Virus record (IMG/VR): IMGVR_UViG_3300017749_000003
Length of the DNA stretch: 20,000 nucleotides
From: an uncultured virus (IMG/VR IMGVR_UViG_3300017749_000003)
Taxonomy: Duplodnaviria; Heunggongvirae; Uroviricota; Caudoviricetes
Reading direction: 5' to 3' (one strand)
Part shown: positions 16,604 through 20,000 of the stretch, in pieces
Numbering within the stretch: position 1 is the stretch's first letter
How the letters are laid out: the number at the start of each line of letters is the position of its first letter
Notes under the pieces: model-generated
What the model saw: only the letters and a program-made list of their open reading frames with translations
Databases searched by the model: none
Told to the model about the DNA's origin: nothing
Made by a program: the position numbers and the translations under genes

Positions 16604-17725
16604 ATGTCCATGTCTCCAGAATACGTTGTCACTTCACTTAAAGCATTATACGGTAACAATGTAACTTCTTCCGATATTCGTGCATGGTGTGCAATGAACG
16701 GATCTAACTACCAGACCGTATCTAGTAAATTGTCTGATCGTAAGGTTAGTCGTGGTAAGTGGAATCTTGAAGTGACAAACAAGAAAGTTGAAGAGATTGA
16801 ACGCACATATGAAGCACCTGCTGCTATCCCTGCTACCGATCGGGAAGATATGAACCTTATTCCTATCAAGGATGATACTTTTGTCCCGTTCGGGAACTTC
16901 ACTGACATTAAAAAAATTATCAAGTCTAATCTTTTTTATCCAACATTCATCACTGGTTTGTCAGGAAATGGTAAGACCTTCTCTGTAGAGCAAGCATGTG
17001 CTCAGTTGGGCAGAGAACTTATTCGTGTAAACATTACAATTGAAACTGATGAAGACGATCTTATTGGCGGTTTCCGTCTTGTCGATGGTAATACTGTATG
17101 GCACAATGGACCAGTTATTGAAGCCCTTGAGCGGGGAGCAGTGCTCCTACTTGACGAAATCGATCTCGCAAGTAACAAAATCCTCTGTCTGCAATCCATC
17201 CTAGAAGGTAAGGGTGTGTTTCTGAAGAAAGTTGGACGAAGAGTTGACCCTACGAGTGGATTCAATGTATTCGCAACTGCAAACACTAAAGGCAAGGGAT
17301 CTGAGGATGGACGATTCATTGGAACTAATGTCCTCAATGAAGCATTCCTTGAAAGATTCCCTGTAACCTTTGAGCAGGCATATCCTTCCCCTACAAGTGA
17401 ATCAAAGATTCTTTCTAAGGTTGCCGATACTCTTAATGTTACTGACGATAACTTCTTGTCTCGTTTAGTTGATTGGGCAGACATCATCCGTAAGACCTTC
17501 TATGATGGTGGTATTGATGAAGTTATCAGTACTCGTCGTCTAGTGCATATCGTTAATGCTTATAGCATCTTTGATAACAAGGAAAAAGCAATTGAGGTCT
17601 GCACTGCACGATTTGATGATGAGACTAAGCAGTCATTTATCGAACTTTATGACAAAATCGATGCTGACTTTGAAATGACATCTGATGATAGCATCAATAC
17701 AATTGACAACACTACCAACTTCTGA
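16604..17725 (+). CDS. cobS: MoxR/CbbQ-type AAA+ ATPase (cyanophage 'CobS')
   Basis: Walker A GLSGNGKT, ETDEDDLIGG, Walker B LLLDEID, ATANTKG, NEAFLERF and ISTRRL motifs. Confidence 0.9.
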   Translation: MSMSPEYVVTSLKALYGNNVTSSDIRAWCAMNGSNYQTVSSKLSDRKVSRGKWNLEVTNKKVEEIERTYEAPAAIPATDREDMNLIPIKDDTFVPFGNFTDIKKIIKSNLFYPTFITGLSGNGKTFSVEQACAQLGRELIRVNITIETDEDDLIGGFRLVDGNTVWHNGPVIEALERGAVLLLDEIDLASNKILCLQSILEGKGVFLKKVGRRVDPTSGFNVFATANTKGKGSEDGRFIGTNVLNEAFLERFPVTFEQAYPSPTSESKILSKVADTLNVTDDNFLSRLVDWADIIRKTFYDGGIDEVISTRRLVHIVNAYSIFDNKEKAIEVCTARFDDETKQSFIELYDKIDADFEMTSDDSINTIDNTTNF

Positions 17726-17731
17726 TATAAT
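17703..17731 (+). promoter_or_regulatory. Consensus sigma70 promoter (TTGACA-17 nt-TATAAT, TGn extension)
   Basis: TTGACA at 17703..17708 and TATAAT at 17726..17731, overlapping the cobS 3' end. Confidence 0.9.
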
Positions 17732-17745
17732 TTGGGAGGAATATT

Positions 17746-18258
17746 ATGACTTCTTGGAGTTTTTTATACGACGAAATGTACGGATTTAGTGACGAAGAAA
17801 TGAACTTCTTTAATAATGATGGTCGTCCTCTAGGAGACGACCGACCCATCTACGACGATAATGATGTTATCGATTTCGGAGATACCCTCAATATCAACAT
17901 ACCTGTTTCATCTATGAGTGAAGACCGAATTGACTTAAATCTTGATCAACTTTCAAACAATGGTTTTTGGAAGTATGAAGAGGATTTGACTATGAAGGAG
18001 GTTCGTGAGTACCTATCTCAAACTTACAATGCACACTACACATCTAAAGAATCTAAAACACAAACTTTAGATCTTATCGAAGCAATTGGTGATGCAGAAC
18101 CATTCTGCCGATCAAATGCTATCAAATATCTTTCTCGTTTTGGTAAGAAGGGAGGAAAATCTAAACAAGATATTTTAAAAGCAATTCATTATTGCGTCCT
18201 TCTTTACCATTTCTCTGGTCTACACAAACAACCCAAAGGTGATTATGAAACTTTCTGA
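17746..18258 (+). CDS. DUF3310-like protein (T7 gp1.7 nucleotide kinase-related) with an acidic N-terminal extension
   Basis: HY.....QTLDLIEA....FCRSNAIKYLSRFGKKGG...DILKAIHY matches the DUF3310 pattern; GGAGG upstream. Confidence 0.75.
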   Translation: MTSWSFLYDEMYGFSDEEMNFFNNDGRPLGDDRPIYDDNDVIDFGDTLNINIPVSSMSEDRIDLNLDQLSNNGFWKYEEDLTMKEVREYLSQTYNAHYTSKESKTQTLDLIEAIGDAEPFCRSNAIKYLSRFGKKGGKSKQDILKAIHYCVLLYHFSGLHKQPKGDYETF

Positions 18259-18913
18259 TTCAACTGTTAATATTCTGAAAAACTTTTCTAATATTAATCA
18301 ATCTCTTCTCTTCAAAGAAGGTAAGAAACTACGCACTATCAGTGTGATGAAAAACATTCTTGCCGAGGTTGAAGTAAATGAAGACTTCCCTAAAGACTTT
18401 GGTATCTATGATCTTAATCAGTTCCTTAATGGTCTAAGTCTTCACCAGAGTCCTGAACTTGATATTGAGAATGATTCTTACATGGTTATCCGTGAAGGTA
18501 AGATGAAATCCAAATACTTCTTTGCTGATCCAAATGTGATCATTACTCCTCCAGATAAGGATATTGTTCTGACATCTGAAGAGATTGCTTTCAATCTTAA
18601 TACTCAGCAATTAGACAAACTCCTTAAGGCATCTGCTGTTTATCAACTTCCAGATCTATCTGTTGTTGGTGAGAATGGTGTTGTGAAACTAGTAGTATCT
18701 GACCGTAAGAATGATACTTCTAATGACTTCTCTATCATTGTCGGTGAGACAGAAAATATTTTTAGTTTCAACTTCAAAGTAGAAAACATCAAAATTCTTC
18801 CTGGTAGTTATCAAGTTTCTATCTCTAAGAAACTTCTTTCTAAGTTTGTCAACTCTGATAAAAACCTTACCTATTGGATTGCCCTAGAACCAGATTCTTC
18901 TTATGAAGACTAA
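18245..18913 (+). CDS. g45: DNA polymerase sliding clamp gp45
   Basis: MKLS..T..ILKNFSNINQS, FGIYDLNQFL and YWIALE motifs. The ATG at 18245 is preferred over the GTG at 18239. Confidence 0.96.
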   Translation: MKLSDSTVNILKNFSNINQSLLFKEGKKLRTISVMKNILAEVEVNEDFPKDFGIYDLNQFLNGLSLHQSPELDIENDSYMVIREGKMKSKYFFADPNVIITPPDKDIVLTSEEIAFNLNTQQLDKLLKASAVYQLPDLSVVGENGVVKLVVSDRKNDTSNDFSIIVGETENIFSFNFKVENIKILPGSYQVSISKKLLSKFVNSDKNLTYWIALEPDSSYED

Positions 18914-19493
18914 GTTTGTTGAGATTATTGATGATTTTTTAGATAAGTCTTACTTTGACTATATCGCAAATAAAGTCATGTGCGATGATACCTTTCCATG
19001 GTATTACAGTGATGACTCTACTTACCATAGTTCTAAAAAATTCAGCATAAATGGAGATGAAAAATTTACTCAAGGTTTTTCTAATCTCCTTATCAATAAT
19101 GATAAATCAACTTGTCCACTCGGAGATTTGATTTATCCCTTTGCTCTAAAGGTAAAGTCTTATCTCGGTGCAAGAGAAGTTCTGAGAGTCAGAGCAGATA
19201 TGTGTATGCAAAATCCTGAAGGTGCTACTCATGGACCTCATGTGGATTATCCTGGACAATTTCATTACTCAGCAATTCTTTATATAAACCAAACCGATGG
19301 TAACACCCACATCTTTAATGAAAGGGATAGTGGAACTCAGGTTGATGGAGATAATATTAATTCTTTTACTATAAAGGAATCAATCGAACCAAAACCAAAT
19401 CGTTTGGTTGTCTTTGATGGTCGATATATTCATAGTGGATGTTCACCAAGAGATCATAAATGCAGAAAACTTCTGAACTCAAACTACAAATAA
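18903..19493 (+). CDS. 2OG-Fe(II) oxygenase superfamily protein
   Basis: FPWYY, HxD motif (PHVD), AILYIN..DG.T and PKPNRLVVFDG..IHSG..P....R..LN.N. Confidence 0.85.
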   Translation: MKTKFVEIIDDFLDKSYFDYIANKVMCDDTFPWYYSDDSTYHSSKKFSINGDEKFTQGFSNLLINNDKSTCPLGDLIYPFALKVKSYLGAREVLRVRADMCMQNPEGATHGPHVDYPGQFHYSAILYINQTDGNTHIFNERDSGTQVDGDNINSFTIKESIEPKPNRLVVFDGRYIHSGCSPRDHKCRKLLNSNYK

Positions 19494-19699
19494 CTCCTGA
19501 CGTTGCTTTACGGATAATCGGAAGTATTGGAGTTATCGTTGCATACTTTATTATTCTCCATGTCGATGTTTTGACTGGAGCTATATTAAATCTTGCTGCA
19601 GATACTATTTCAATTCCTTATTTTGTCCGTACAAAGTCCTGGGATGTGGTTATAATGATAGCATTCCTCCTGACAATCTCGATGTCAAAAATACTATGA
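19460..19699 (+). CDS. Small hypothetical membrane protein (2-3 TM segments); start uncertain
   Basis: Hydrophobic segments RIIGSIGVIVAYFIIL and WDVVIMIAFLLTISM; ATGA overlap with the next gene. Confidence 0.7.
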   Translation: MQKTSELKLQITPDVALRIIGSIGVIVAYFIILHVDVLTGAILNLAADTISIPYFVRTKSWDVVIMIAFLLTISMSKIL

Positions 19700-20000
19700 A
19701 CATCTTTGTAACTGATCCTAGTCCTTGGATGTCTGCTAGGGTTCTCCCCGATAAGCACATTGTCAAGATGCCCTTAGAGACTTGTCAGATGCTTGCTATT
19801 GTTTGTTCAGACAAATGGGGTCATAACTTTGGCACTCTTCCCAGAGCAGACGGTACTCCCTATGCTACTGAGAAGGGTGCCTTTCGTAATCATCCCTGCA
19901 CCAAATGGGCAAATGAGTTTGTGACTAACTGGCAATGGTTGCTTGCTCATGGACTTGCTATGTGTGATGAGTATACTGCTCGTTATGGTAAGATCCATAC
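19696..20000 (+). CDS. Pyrimidine-dimer DNA glycosylase / endonuclease V-like protein (3' truncated by the window)
   Basis: Manually translated: MNIFVTDPSPWMSARVLPDKHIVKMPLETCQML...AFRNHPCTKWA...WLLAHGLAMCDEYTARYGKIH; open to the window end. Confidence 0.8.
   Translation, partial: MNIFVTDPSPWMSARVLPDKHIVKMPLETCQMLAIVCSDKWGHNFGTLPRADGTPYATEKGAFRNHPCTKWANEFVTNWQWLLAHGLAMCDEYTARYGKIH

Noticed and set aside
7926..16923. Short nested or antisense ORFs within uvsW, g47, g46, the HNH gene, the vWA gene and cobS
   Set aside because: Overlap confident genes and show no recognisable motifs.
17002..17487. 161-aa minus-strand ORF opposite cobS
   Set aside because: Antisense shadow of a well-supported gene; Ser/Arg-rich with no motifs.
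16604..17725. Reading cobS as evidence of a cobalamin pathway
   Set aside because: No other cob genes are in the window, and the motifs support only a MoxR-type AAA+ ATPase.
19628..19656. TATAAT at 19651 upstream of the DenV-like gene
   Set aside because: Poor -35 (CGTACA), no TGn extension and no palindromic box 30 nt upstream; possible but unsupported.
19807..19998. 63-aa minus-strand ORF
   Set aside because: Opposite the DenV-like ORF that starts at 19696 on the + strand.
1..20000. CRISPR arrays, tRNAs, introns, inteins or stop-codon recoding
   Set aside because: No repeat-spacer pattern or cloverleaf was noticed, the intergenic gaps are short, and the core genes are of normal length and uninterrupted in the standard code.

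Overview
This window is the core late-gene and replication-gene region of a T4-like marine cyanomyovirus (Kyanoviridae-type); all supported genes are on the + strand. The structural block runs gp19 (partial), gp20 portal, four small ORFs (including a tandem paralog pair), gp21, gp22, gp23, a cUUCGg terminator, a small ORF and gp3. It is followed by uvsY, uvsW, a hypothetical gene, gp55, gp47, a DUF3110-like gene and gp46. An accessory block then carries a sulfotransferase, an HNH protein, an HExxH-metallopeptidase/vWA protein, a Cys-rich micro-ORF, a MoxR/CobS-type AAA+ ATPase and a DUF3310-like gene. The window ends with gp45, a 2OG-Fe(II) oxygenase, a small membrane protein and a partial DenV-like glycosylase. 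The most notable signal is a 22-bp imperfect palindrome lying exactly 30 nt upstream of a TATAAT box with no -35 element, found once before the vWA-peptidase gene and once before the AAA+ gene; the AAA+ protein appears to have an N-terminal winged helix. Also notable are overlapping divergent sigma70-type promoters upstream of gp55, one pointing antisense, and a GC-rich hairpin built from synonymous codon choices at the start of gp20. All calls come from reading motifs by eye; no database searches were run.
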